Part shown: positions 32,154-42,787 of the stretch, piece after piece
Position numbering within the stretch: the first letter of the stretch is position 1
How the letters are laid out: every line of letters begins with the position of its first letter
From: Candidatus Limnocylindrales bacterium
GTDB taxonomy: Bacteria > Chloroflexota > Limnocylindria > Limnocylindrales > CSP1-4
Reading direction: 5' to 3'
NCBI GenBank assembly: GCA_036003325.1
Contig: DASYSM010000036.1
Location: forward strand, 1,941 to 65,940
Length of the DNA stretch: 64,000 bases
Notes under the pieces: generated by a model
What the model was told of the DNA's origin: nothing
Seen by the model: only the letters and a program-made list of their open reading frames with translations
The model's database searches: none
Made by a program: the position numbers and the translations under genes

Positions 32154-32341
32154 TCCGGTCGGGCCACGTGCGGGCCGACCGGGTGAGCGCCAATGCAGCC
32201 TCCGGTGAGCGGCGGTGCAGGACCGCCTGATAGCGTCGCCCTGCCCGCCACGCGCTTGCCGGCCCCGCCGACCCCGCCGACCCGCCAGGGCCCGGACCGC
32301 CGGGGCCGGCACCCGACCGGCCGCGCGTCCGCCCAGGATCG

Positions 32342-32758
32342 TCAGAAGTCGCGACGGCCCTCGAAGTGGAGCAGCACCTGCGGCCGGCTGGCCTGGTAGA
32401 GCGCGATCCGGTGGCCACCGGCGGACCGGAACGAGCTGCACGGTCCCTGCGGGATCTCCAGTGACCGCTCCGGCGTCCAGCCGCGCCGCGCGAGGTCGTC
32501 GCAGGCTGCGCGCAGGTCCGCGACCCGGTAGACCAGGATCGGGCGGTCGCCCTCGAGATGGTCGGTCAGGAGCAGGCGCGGCGCCCCGGCGAGCTCGATC
32601 ATCGCGACCCTGACCCCGCCGTCCTCGATGGCGAAGATCACCCGGCCGCCGAGCGCCCCGGTCAGCTCCGCGGTGTCGGCAGCGACGTCCCGGCTCGGCG
32701 TGTACAGGAAATCGAGGGCTTCGACCACCGGTCTGACATCGCGACCATCATCGGGCAT
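32342..32758 (-). CDS. VOC/glyoxalase-like family protein
   Basis: 138-aa ORF with high GC3 and a beta-alpha-beta-beta-beta-like pattern. The assignment is tentative. Confidence 0.5.
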   Translation of the reverse strand: MPDDGRDVRPVVEALDFLYTPSRDVAADTAELTGALGGRVIFAIEDGGVRVAMIELAGAPRLLLTDHLEGDRPILVYRVADLRAACDDLARRGWTPERSLEIPQGPCSSFRSAGGHRIALYQASRPQVLLHFEGRRDF

Positions 32759-32917
32759 CGCCGATCTCCTCTCGTACGGTCACCTCGACCGGTGCACCGC
32801 GGGATAAGCGTCCGATACGTGGCGATGCAGCGTCGATCGCTAGGGTACCGACGTCATCCCGCCGGAGACGCAGGGTCGTGATCGGCGCAGCCGGCCGACC
32901 GGGAAGGAGATCGGACC

Positions 32918-33403
32918 GTGAACAAGGTCCTGCTCACGGGGCGCCTCACGCGCGACCCGGAGATGCGCAGCCTCGCCAGCGGCAAGAACGTCACGACGTT
33001 CACCGTGGCCAGCAACGAGTTCATCGGTGGCGGCAAGGAGAAGTCGGAATATCACCCGGTGGTCGCTTGGGACCGCCTGGCCGAGATCGCCGGGCGCTAC
33101 CTGGGGAAGGGCCAGCAGGTCGCCATCGAGGGCCGGCTCCAGACGCGCTCGTGGGACGACGACAAGGGCGCCCGGCACTGGAAGACCGAGATCGTCGCCT
33201 CGCACGTCGAGATGCTGTCGGGTCGCAAGAAGAAGGACTACGAAGCGCAGCAGGCGGCCGATTCGCTGGCGGCCCAGGCGGAGGCCCTCGGAGAGGCGCA
33301 GGCCACCGAGCCCATCGCCGAGGCCGTGTTCGACCCGGGGTCGACCGACGACGAGCTCGAGGACGATCTCGGATCGGACACGGGCGCGGAAGTCGCCGCC
33401 TGA
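32918..33403 (+). CDS. ssb: Single-stranded DNA-binding protein (stand-alone paralog)
   Basis: GTG start preceded by AAGGAG. The OB fold reads MNKVLLTGRLTRDPEMR..VVAWDRLAEIAGRYLGKGQQVAIEGRLQTRSWDD. The tail is acidic but ends ..DDLGSDTGAEVAA instead of D-D-D-I-P-F. Confidence 0.85.
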   Translation: MNKVLLTGRLTRDPEMRSLASGKNVTTFTVASNEFIGGGKEKSEYHPVVAWDRLAEIAGRYLGKGQQVAIEGRLQTRSWDDDKGARHWKTEIVASHVEMLSGRKKKDYEAQQAADSLAAQAEALGEAQATEPIAEAVFDPGSTDDELEDDLGSDTGAEVAA

Positions 33404-33510
33404 CCCGTTCGCATCTGTCAACGGCGGCGGCGCGACCCCCTCCGCGCCGTCGCCGCATCCGATGTCGCGGGGGGGCCGTGAATGGTGTCGCGCGGGGCCG
33501 TCGACGGCGG

Positions 33511-34614
33511 TCAGGGCTGGATCGGCGGCCCGTACCAGACGCTCGCGGCGATGATCACGTACAGCCCGAGCAGCGCCAGGCCTTCCAGCCAGGTGCTCTC
33601 GCCGTCGAACACGATGACCGCCGCCAGCAGCGCGGCCAGGACGACCGCACCGACGAGCAGCGGCGTCAGGACGAGGGTCAGTGCGCCGGTGCCGAGGACC
33701 AGCGAGATGAGCACCAGGGCCGGTGTCAGGGCGATCGCGACCTGCAGGCTGCTGTTGAGGATGAGGCTGGTCGCCAGGTCGGTCTTGTCGGCGGCGGCCG
33801 CCTGGACGCCGACGACGTTCTCGACGGCGTTGCCGGCGATGGCCACGACGACCAGACCGACGAACGCCTCGGACAGGCCCAGGCTGGCCATCGTCGGCTT
33901 GAGCGCCTCGACGAACAGGTCGGACGTGAGTGCGGCACCCGCCGCGCCCGCGACCAGGACCCCGAGCGCGAGCGGCAGCGGCCACGGCGCCCCACCCGTC
34001 GGATCGCGCAGCTCGCGGCTGGCGCCACGCCCGCCGGCGAGCGAGAACGGGATCGACGCCGCGAACACGACGAGCAGGACGACCGACACGATGGCGCTCA
34101 GGTCGGTGGCATGGCCGGCGTCGGGTTCGCCGGGCATCGTGGCCAGGGTCGGGATGGCCAGGGCGGCGACGGCCAGCAGGAGCAGGGTGGCCAGCGTGCG
34201 GACCGCCGGCGCGTGGAACGTCTGCGTCCCGTGGCGCAGCCCGCCGATGAGGAAGGCGAGGCCGAGCACGAGCAGCGTGTTGGCCAGGATCGACCCGATG
34301 AGCGCGGTCTGGACGACGACGACCAGCCCGGCCTGCAGCGCGAAGATCGAGATGAACAGCTCGGGCAGGTTGCCGAGGGCCGACTGGAGGATGCCCGTCG
34401 TGGCCGGCCCGAACCGCTCGCCCAGCTCATCGGTCCCCTGCCCGATCAAGGTGGCGAGAGCGGCCAGCGCCACGGCGCTGACCACGAACACGACCGTCTG
34501 GCTGACGCCCGCGGCGTCGAGCGCGAACGCCAGCGCCGTGGTCACGACCGCGGCGACGATGACCACCATCGCGGTCCGGCCGAGGATCGAGGGCAGGGAG
34601 CGAAGGGTCGTCAT
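33511..34614 (-). CDS. Ca2+/H+ antiporter (CaCA/CAX family)
   Basis: Trimmed to the ATG at 34614, which overlaps the rsmI stop as ATGA. It is polytopic, with the two alpha-repeat signatures GNLPELFIS and IAGNAVENVVG. Confidence 0.85.
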   Translation of the reverse strand: MTTLRSLPSILGRTAMVVIVAAVVTTALAFALDAAGVSQTVVFVVSAVALAALATLIGQGTDELGERFGPATTGILQSALGNLPELFISIFALQAGLVVVVQTALIGSILANTLLVLGLAFLIGGLRHGTQTFHAPAVRTLATLLLLAVAALAIPTLATMPGEPDAGHATDLSAIVSVVLLVVFAASIPFSLAGGRGASRELRDPTGGAPWPLPLALGVLVAGAAGAALTSDLFVEALKPTMASLGLSEAFVGLVVVAIAGNAVENVVGVQAAAADKTDLATSLILNSSLQVAIALTPALVLISLVLGTGALTLVLTPLLVGAVVLAALLAAVIVFDGESTWLEGLALLGLYVIIAASVWYGPPIQP

Positions 34615-35525
34615 CTTGGCCCCTTGCCCCGTGCTCCGACCGGCACCCGCCGGCGGCCCGCATCGAGACCGTACAGGCTCCGGCGAGGGAGGCCGGTGCT
34701 GACGGCGACGCGCCGCGCCGCGTCGCCGCGGGCGAGGCCGCCGGCGACCAGGGCTTCGACCTCCGCCTGGGCCGCCGCCAGGGCCGATGCGGCCGCGCCC
34801 TCCTCTGCCGGTCGTCCGCCGCGCCAGTCCCCGACCACGATCGCGAACTCGCCACGGGGCGGGATGTCGCCACCGGCCTGGGCGGCCGTGGCCAGCCCGC
34901 CGAGCGACCCGCGCACGATCGATTCGTGGACCTTGGTCAGCTCGCGACAGACCGCGCCGGGGCGGTCCGGCCCACACGTCTCGGCGAGCTCGCGCAGGGT
35001 CGCGGCGACGCGCGTCGGCGCCTCGTACAGGATCGTGCCTCGGTCGTCGGCCGCGATCCGGGCCAGTCGCTCGCGACGTTCACGTCCGGACCGGGGCAGG
35101 AACCCCTCGAACGCCCAGCGCGGCCCGGCCACCCCGGAACCCGCGACCGCCGCGAGCACCGCCGAGGCGCCGGGGACCGGCACGACGACACCACCCTCGT
35201 CGGCCCAGGCCGCGATCAGCTCGCCGCCCGGGTCGCTGACCGCCGGCGTCCCGGCGTCGGTGACCAGCGCGAGATCGGAGCCGCCGCGCAGATGCTCGAG
35301 GAGCGAGGCGGTCCGGCCCGCGTCGCTCCGGGCGTGGTAGCTGGTCATCCGGGTGGCGATCGCGTGGTGGTCGAGCAGCCGCCGCGTGTGGCGCGTGTCC
35401 TCGGCGGCGATGAGCGGGACGGCGCGGAGCACCTCGATCGCCCGGAGCGTGATGTCGCCGAGGTTCCCGATCGGCGTCGCGACGACGTACAGGACACCGC
35501 CCGGCCCCGGCCCCCCGCCCGTCAC
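34611..35525 (-). CDS. rsmI: 16S rRNA (cytidine1402-2'-O)-methyltransferase
   Basis: Trimmed to the GTG at 35525, which overlaps the nadE stop as GTGA. The sequence includes LYVVATPIGNLGDITLRAIEVL, AAEDTR and DAGTPAVSDPG. Confidence 0.88.
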   Translation of the reverse strand: MTGGGPGPGGVLYVVATPIGNLGDITLRAIEVLRAVPLIAAEDTRHTRRLLDHHAIATRMTSYHARSDAGRTASLLEHLRGGSDLALVTDAGTPAVSDPGGELIAAWADEGGVVVPVPGASAVLAAVAGSGVAGPRWAFEGFLPRSGRERRERLARIAADDRGTILYEAPTRVAATLRELAETCGPDRPGAVCRELTKVHESIVRGSLGGLATAAQAGGDIPPRGEFAIVVGDWRGGRPAEEGAAASALAAAQAEVEALVAGGLARGDAARRVAVSTGLPRRSLYGLDAGRRRVPVGARGKGPR

Positions 35526-36433
35526 CCGCGCGACGACCCCGGCCGGCGACGCGGATAGAGGTAGTCGACGCCGGCCGTCCGCGGCCCGAGCTTGGCGATC
35601 GGCGGGACCTGGCGCTTGAACTCGGCGCCGGCGACCATCCGGTCGACCCGCTCGACCATCGCCGCATCGAACCCGAGCGCGACCATCTCCTCGACCGACC
35701 GCCGCTTGTCGACCCGCCAGAACAGCAGCCGGTCGAGGACCGGATAGCTGAAGCCGCCCTCGTGCTCGTCGGTCTGGCCCGGCCACAGGTCGGCCGACGG
35801 CGCCTTGCGGACGATCGCGTCGGGGACGCCCAGGGCGACGGCCAGCTGCCGGACCTGGCTCTTGTACAGGTCGCCGATCGGGTTGAACGCGCAGGCCGCA
35901 TCGCCGAACAGGGTCGTATAGCCGATGAGCGATTCGGTCTTGTTGCCGGTGCCGACCACCAGCCCGCCCCACGTCACCGAGCGGTCGTACAGGACGGCCA
36001 TCCGCATCCGCGCCGCGAAGTTGCCCCGCCGCAGCGGCCCGGCGACCGTGCTGTCGGGACCCTCGGCGCCGGGCATCGTCCCCGTCCCGAAATAGCCGTC
36101 GACCATGGCCGTGATGTCCACGATGTCGCTGGCGCAGCCGATGGCGGCGACGACCGACTCCGCGTCGGCCCGCGACGCGGGCGACGACGTCCGGTACGGC
36201 AGCATGACCGACAGCAGACGGTCCGCCCCGATCGCCTCGGCGACGAGGAAGGCGACGAGCGCAGAGTCGATGCCGCCCGACAGCCCGAGGACGGCGCGCT
36301 CGAACCCGGCCTGCTCGAGCTGGCCGCGGATGAACTCGGCGATGACACGGCGGGCGACGTCCGTGTCGATCGCCAGCTCCTCGGGCAGCTCGAACGGTGC
36401 GCCGGCTCCCGGGGCGGGCTCGATGACGGTCAT
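35522..36433 (-). CDS. nadE: NAD+ synthetase, synthetase (ATP-pyrophosphatase) subunit only
   Basis: Trimmed to the ATG at 36433, which overlaps the stop of the upstream CN-hydrolase gene as ATGA. It has the PP-loop SGGIDS and GTGNKTE. Confidence 0.88.
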   Translation of the reverse strand: MTVIEPAPGAGAPFELPEELAIDTDVARRVIAEFIRGQLEQAGFERAVLGLSGGIDSALVAFLVAEAIGADRLLSVMLPYRTSSPASRADAESVVAAIGCASDIVDITAMVDGYFGTGTMPGAEGPDSTVAGPLRRGNFAARMRMAVLYDRSVTWGGLVVGTGNKTESLIGYTTLFGDAACAFNPIGDLYKSQVRQLAVALGVPDAIVRKAPSADLWPGQTDEHEGGFSYPVLDRLLFWRVDKRRSVEEMVALGFDAAMVERVDRMVAGAEFKRQVPPIAKLGPRTAGVDYLYPRRRPGSSRG

Positions 36434-37437
36434 GCGCCGCGGTCCAGCCGCCGCGGTCCGCGCTCCCCGGCCGCCCCGAACCCGATCGGTCCCGCTGGCG
36501 GCTCGGCGGCGACAAGGTCGAAACCGGGCTCGGCGCCACGTTCGGCGGTCGCATCGTCGACCAGCCCGGCTCGCTCGGCGACCAGCCGCTGGAGCTCGCG
36601 GACCTGCAGCTCGAGCCGTTCGTCGCGGAGCAGTGGCAGCGCGATCCGCTCCCGGCGAACGTCGGCGAGCGAGATCTCGACCGTGTACAGCCCCTCGTCG
36701 TAGAGGGGGGCGCTGAACACGGCCCGACCGCTCGGCGCGATGACCTCCGAGCCGCCCCAGAAGGAGATCGACTCGTCGACCCCGACCCGGTTGCAGAACA
36801 CGACGAACGAGGTGGTCAGCTGGGCGTACGTCCGCATCAGGGTCCGCCATGAGGTGGCGGTGCCCAACCCGACCTCGTTCGTGGCGGCCAGGTCACGCCC
36901 GGGCGACGACGAGATGTTGACCAGGATCTGGGCTCCGTCGAGGGCCAGCACCTGGGGCACGGGCAGGTGCCAGAAGTCCTCGCAGATCGCGATCCCGAGA
37001 CCGACCCCGAGTCGCGACGGGACGGTCCGCAGCAGGTCGCCGGCGGCGAAGAAGCGGCGCTCGTCGAACAGCCCGTAGGTCGGCAGGAACAGCTTGCGAT
37101 GGACGTGACGGAGCTCGCCGTCCTCGAGCAGGGCCGCGGCGATGAACAGCCGGTGATCGGCCGATTCCTCGACGAACGAGACGATGGCCGACAGCCCGCG
37201 GGTCGCGCCGGCCAGCTCGGCCAGGCGCGGATCGTCGAGCCGCATCGCCACCTCCGACGCCAGATCCTGGAGCTGGTAGCCGGTCAGACCCAGCTCGGGA
37301 AAGACGACCAGCCCCGCGCCCTTTCCCCGGGCGTCCTCGAGCAGGGCATGGTGGGTCGCGAGGTTGACGTCGAGCGAGCCGAGCCGCGGCGCGATCTGGG
37401 CGAGCGCGATGGTGAGCGTCTGCACGCTCCGGAGCAT
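36430..37437 (-). CDS. Carbon-nitrogen hydrolase (nitrilase superfamily); likely the glutaminase partner of NadE
   Basis: Trimmed to the ATG at 37437. The catalytic triad context is FPELGLTGY (Glu), HRKLFLP (Lys) and GIAICEDFW (Cys). The C-terminus is extended by about 70 aa. Confidence 0.8.
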   Translation of the reverse strand: MLRSVQTLTIALAQIAPRLGSLDVNLATHHALLEDARGKGAGLVVFPELGLTGYQLQDLASEVAMRLDDPRLAELAGATRGLSAIVSFVEESADHRLFIAAALLEDGELRHVHRKLFLPTYGLFDERRFFAAGDLLRTVPSRLGVGLGIAICEDFWHLPVPQVLALDGAQILVNISSSPGRDLAATNEVGLGTATSWRTLMRTYAQLTTSFVVFCNRVGVDESISFWGGSEVIAPSGRAVFSAPLYDEGLYTVEISLADVRRERIALPLLRDERLELQVRELQRLVAERAGLVDDATAERGAEPGFDLVAAEPPAGPIGFGAAGERGPRRLDRGA

Positions 37438-37560
37438 ACGCGAAGGTCCGGCGCCCGAGCGATGACCTTCGTCCCGACGACGCGCCGCAGCGCCCGATGC
37501 TAGGCTTCCCGACGCCCACGCCGGCGCCCGGGGCCGCATCGATCAGGAGCAGCTGCGACC

Positions 37561-39435
37561 GTGTCACGACCACGCCGCCGGACGGCGGGATCCGCCGCAT
37601 CCACGCTGGCCGTCGTGGTTCTGCTCGCCGCCTGCGGCCCGACGATCCCGCCCATCCCCACCTCCCCGCCGACCCCCACCCCACGCGCCGAGACCCCCCG
37701 ACCGAGCGAGGGCGCCTTCGTGCCGGGCGCCTATCCGCCGTCGGACGACGCTCCGTGCGACCAGGCCAAGCCGCCGGACGCGACGCACGCCGCGTATCGA
37801 GGCGAGCTCAAGCGGATCGTGGCCAAGGATGCCTCCACGGTCCTGTTCGAGCTGTGTTCTCCCGACGTCGCGTTCCTGACCAAGCTCGCCTCGCCGGCGT
37901 TCGGGATCAACGACGCGGGCTGGCTCCGCTCGCATGTCTCGGCCGGCGGCAGCGGCGACCAGCCGATCGTGAGCCAGCTCAACGGGACCGGTCCGTACCG
38001 GCTCGGGGCATGGGACCGGGATACGCAGGTCAGCCTCGACCGCAACAGCGCCTATTGGGGCCCCGCCCCGAAGAACGAGCGACTGATCGTGCGCTGGGGC
38101 GGGGACTCGACCACGCGCGTGTCGGAGCTCCAGAACGGCACGGTGGACGGCATCGACGGCATCGACCCGGCCGGCGTGGCCACCGTGGCCGGCGACGTGA
38201 CGCTCCAGGCGCTGCCGCGAGCCGGACGGGACGTCGTCTATCTCGGCTTCTCCACGGCCAGCCCGCCGCTCGGCAGCGAGAAGGTCCGCCAGGCGATCGC
38301 CGGCGGCCTCGATCGCGCGGGGATCGTCCGAAACGACTTCCCGCCGGGGGCCGAGGTCGCGACGCACTACACCCCGTGCGAAGTCCCTCATGGCTGTGCC
38401 GGTGGCGACTGGACCGACTACGACCCGGTCCAGGCCCGCGAGCTCCTGGCCGCCACCGGCCTGTCGGCCGGCTTCACGACGACCCTCTACTACAGCGCGA
38501 CACCGACGCCCTCGATGCCCGACCCGGGCCGGGTCGCGGCGGAGATCCAGACCGAGCTCCTGGCCAACCTCGGCATCGCGGCCAGGCTCGTCGTCATGCC
38601 CGATGCGGCGTTCCATCGACAGGTCGACGACGGCACGCTCGATGGTCTCCACCTGCTCGATCGGAGCGGGGCGTATCCGGATGCGTCGGCCTATCTCGAC
38701 CCCGTGTTCGGCGGCGACGCCGGACCCGAGTTCGGCACGCCGTTCCCGGACATCGCCAAGGCGCTGGCATCGGGCCGGGCGACGGTCGACCCGGAGAAGC
38801 GCGAGACGGCCTATGCCAAGGCGAACGACCTCATCCGCCAGCACGTCCCGATGATCCCGATCGGCCGGGCGACCCAGCCGACCGCCTACCTGGCCGACGT
38901 CGACGGCGCGCAATCGTCGCCGGTCGGCCTCGAGCATTTCGCCGCGATGACCCCCGGCGATCGCCGCCAGCTCGTCTGGCTGACGACATCCCAGCCACCG
39001 GGGCTGTACTGCGCCGACGAGACCGATCCGATCGCCGCGCTCGTGTGTGCCCAGGTGATGGACGGCCTGTATGCCTTCACGCCGGGTGGGGCGACGCCGA
39101 TTCCGGCGCTGGCCACGAGCTGCGACCCGAACGCCGCGCTGACGGTGTGGACCTGCCACCTGCGGCGCAACGTCCTGTTCGACGACGGCTCGCGGCTCGA
39201 CGCCAACGACGTCGTCCTCAGCTTCGCCGTCCAATGGGACGCCGAGCACCCGCTCCATCGCGGCCGAACCGGCGACTTCGCGACCTTCGCGGCCTGGTTC
39301 GGTGGCTTCCTCCACCCGCCGGCACCACCGCTGCCGCCGAGCCCTCCCGCGTCCGCGTCGCCATCCGGCTCGCCCGGCACGTCGGCGCCGCCGTCGGGCC
39401 GGCCGCCGTCCCCGACGGCGAAGCCGAGCGGCTGA
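37561..39435 (+). CDS. Family-5 (OppA/DppA-type) solute-binding lipoprotein, apparently circularly permuted; orphan
   Basis: GTG start and lipobox (VVVLLAAC). The SBP_bac_5 core motifs are present but in swapped order relative to the two paralogs in this window (details in findings). Both termini carry Pro-rich linkers. Confidence 0.8.
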   Translation: MSRPRRRTAGSAASTLAVVVLLAACGPTIPPIPTSPPTPTPRAETPRPSEGAFVPGAYPPSDDAPCDQAKPPDATHAAYRGELKRIVAKDASTVLFELCSPDVAFLTKLASPAFGINDAGWLRSHVSAGGSGDQPIVSQLNGTGPYRLGAWDRDTQVSLDRNSAYWGPAPKNERLIVRWGGDSTTRVSELQNGTVDGIDGIDPAGVATVAGDVTLQALPRAGRDVVYLGFSTASPPLGSEKVRQAIAGGLDRAGIVRNDFPPGAEVATHYTPCEVPHGCAGGDWTDYDPVQARELLAATGLSAGFTTTLYYSATPTPSMPDPGRVAAEIQTELLANLGIAARLVVMPDAAFHRQVDDGTLDGLHLLDRSGAYPDASAYLDPVFGGDAGPEFGTPFPDIAKALASGRATVDPEKRETAYAKANDLIRQHVPMIPIGRATQPTAYLADVDGAQSSPVGLEHFAAMTPGDRRQLVWLTTSQPPGLYCADETDPIAALVCAQVMDGLYAFTPGGATPIPALATSCDPNAALTVWTCHLRRNVLFDDGSRLDANDVVLSFAVQWDAEHPLHRGRTGDFATFAAWFGGFLHPPAPPLPPSPPASASPSGSPGTSAPPSGRPPSPTAKPSG

Positions 39436-39442
39436 CCGCTCG

Positions 39443-40646
39443 TCAGGCGGGCGGTGGCGCGGTCGGCGGGACGACCGGCGGCGTCGGCACCGTCTGGCTG
39501 CCCGCCGCGGGCAGCGACATCTCGCCCGATCCGGCCGGTGTGCCCGGGACGGGACGCCCGGTGGCCTGGGCCTGCTCCGCGGAACCATCGACCTGCTCGG
39601 CGAAATGGCACGCCACCTCGTGACCGGTGTCGAGGACCCGCAGCTGCGGATCGTCGGTCGTGCAGATCTCCGGCTTGCCGAGCCGCTCACGGAGCCAGCA
39701 GCGCGTGTGGAACCGACAGCCCGATGGCGGGTTGACCGGCGAGGGGACGTCGCCCTTGAGGATGATCCGCCGCCGGCGGCTCTCGATGACCGGGTCCGGG
39801 ATCGGCACGGCCGACAGCAGCGCGACCGTGTAGGGGTGGAGCGGCCTCAGGTTGAGGTCGCGCGATCCGGCGATCTCGACCACCCGTCCGAGATACATCA
39901 CCGCGGTCCGGTCGCTGATGTGGCGGACGACGCTCAGGTCGTGGGCGATGAACAGGTAGGTCAGCCCGAACTCGCCCTGCAGCCGCTCGAGCAGGTTGAT
40001 GATCTGGGCCTGGATCGAGACGTCGAGCGCGCTGATCGGCTCGTCGGCCACGATGAGGTCCGGATTGAGCGCCAGCGCCCGCGCCACCCCGATCCGCTGC
40101 CGTTGGCCGCCGGAGAACTCGTGCGGGTACCGCGACGCGTAGGCCGGGTTGAGCCCGACCGTGTGGAGCAGCTCCCGGACCCTCTCGCGCCGCTCGTCGG
40201 TCGACCCGACCGAATGGATGTCGAGCGGCTCGGCGATGATCCCGCCGGCGGTCATCCGCGGGTCGAGGCTGGCGTACGGGTCCTGGAAGATCATCTGCAT
40301 CCGACGGCGCATGCGGCGCAGCTCGCCGCCCTTGGCGTAGGTCACGTCCTTGCCGTCGAACTGGATCCGTCCCCCGGTGGCGGGGTTGAGCCGGACGATG
40401 GCGCGCCCGGTGGTCGTCTTGCCGCAACCCGACTCGCCGACCAGCCCGAGCGTCTCGCCGCGGGCCAGCTCGAAGCTGACGCCATCGACGGCCTGGACGT
40501 CCCCGACGTGGCGTTGGCGGATGATCCCGTCGCGGATCGGGAAGTAGACCTTGAGGTCCTCGACCCTGAGCAGCGGACCGGCCGGGGCCGCTCCCACCCC
40601 GGCGGCGGCCGCCGCGGCCGTGGCAGTGGCGTGGTCGGGTGCCACG

Positions 40647-40657
<11 letters not shown>
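39443..40657 (-). CDS. Oligopeptide/dipeptide ABC transporter ATP-binding protein (OppF/DppF-like), operon 1
   Basis: Walker A is GESGCGKTT, the ABC signature is FSGGQRQR, and Walker B is IVADEP. The C-terminal region carries four Cys and a Pro-rich tail. Confidence 0.9.
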
Positions 40658-41893
<1,236 letters not shown>

Positions 41894-41897
<4 letters not shown>

Positions 41898-42787
41898 CGC
41901 CGCATCCGCGGATCGAGCGATTCGCGGAGCCCGTCGCCGAGCAGGTTGAAGCCGATGGCGCTGATGACGATCGCGGCGCCCGGGAACCACAGCAGCCACG
42001 GCGCCTGCCGGATGAACTTGGTCGCGTCGGTCAGCATGGTCCCCCACTCGGGCGTCCGCGGATCGGGCGGTCCGAGACCGAGGAAGCCGAGACCGGCGAC
42101 GTCGATGATCGCGGTCGCGAGGGCCAGCGTCGCCGCGACGATCAGCGGCGACAGCGAGTTCGGCAGCAGGTGCCGGAACAGCAGGCGCGACCCCGATGCG
42201 CCGATCGAGCGCGACGCGGTGACGTAATCCGACTCGCGCAGCGACAGCAGGCTGCCGCGCAGGATGCGCGCGAAGATCGGCACGTTGACGATGGCGACCG
42301 CGAACATGATCTGTGGTAAGCCGCGGCCCAGGAAGGCGACGATGCCGATCGCCAGCAGGATGCCGGGGACCGCGAGCATGGCGTCGACGAAGCGCATCAG
42401 CACCGAATCCAGCTTGCCCCCGACGCCGCCCGCGAACGCGCCGATGCTGCCCCCGATGAACACGCCCATCACGACCGACGCGACGCCGGCGACCAGGCTG
42501 ACCTGGGCGCCGAACAGGACCCGGCTGTACTCGTCGCGGCCCTGCGCGTCGGTGCCCATCAGGTGCTCGCGCGATGGCGGCTGGAGACGCTGGGACAGAC
42601 CGCCCTCGAGCGGACCGTACGGCGCGATGACCGGGGCAAGGATCGCCGACAGGACGAAGACCGCGATGAACACGAGGCCCAGGACGGCCGGCCGGTTGCG
42701 GACGAGGCGTCGCGCCGCGTCTCCCCACAGGCCGCGGCTCGCACGCCGGTCGGCCTGCTTGTCGAGCGGGATCGCGGGCGCGGCCAT
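41894..42787 (-). CDS. ABC transporter permease (OppC/DppC-like), operon 1
   Basis: 297 aa, polytopic, with a BPD_transp_1-type EAA region. Confidence 0.9.

Noticed and set aside
32155-32182. A hairpin after the GGDEF/HD-GYP gene as an intrinsic terminator.
   Set aside because: The 8-bp stem (CCGGTCGG/CCGACCGG) has a mismatched interior and no U-tract on either strand. It is too weak to call.
32759-32917. A LexA/SOS box upstream of ssb.
   Set aside because: No TCGAAC-N4-GTTCGA or CGAAC-type palindrome is present. Only a short CGATCG was seen.
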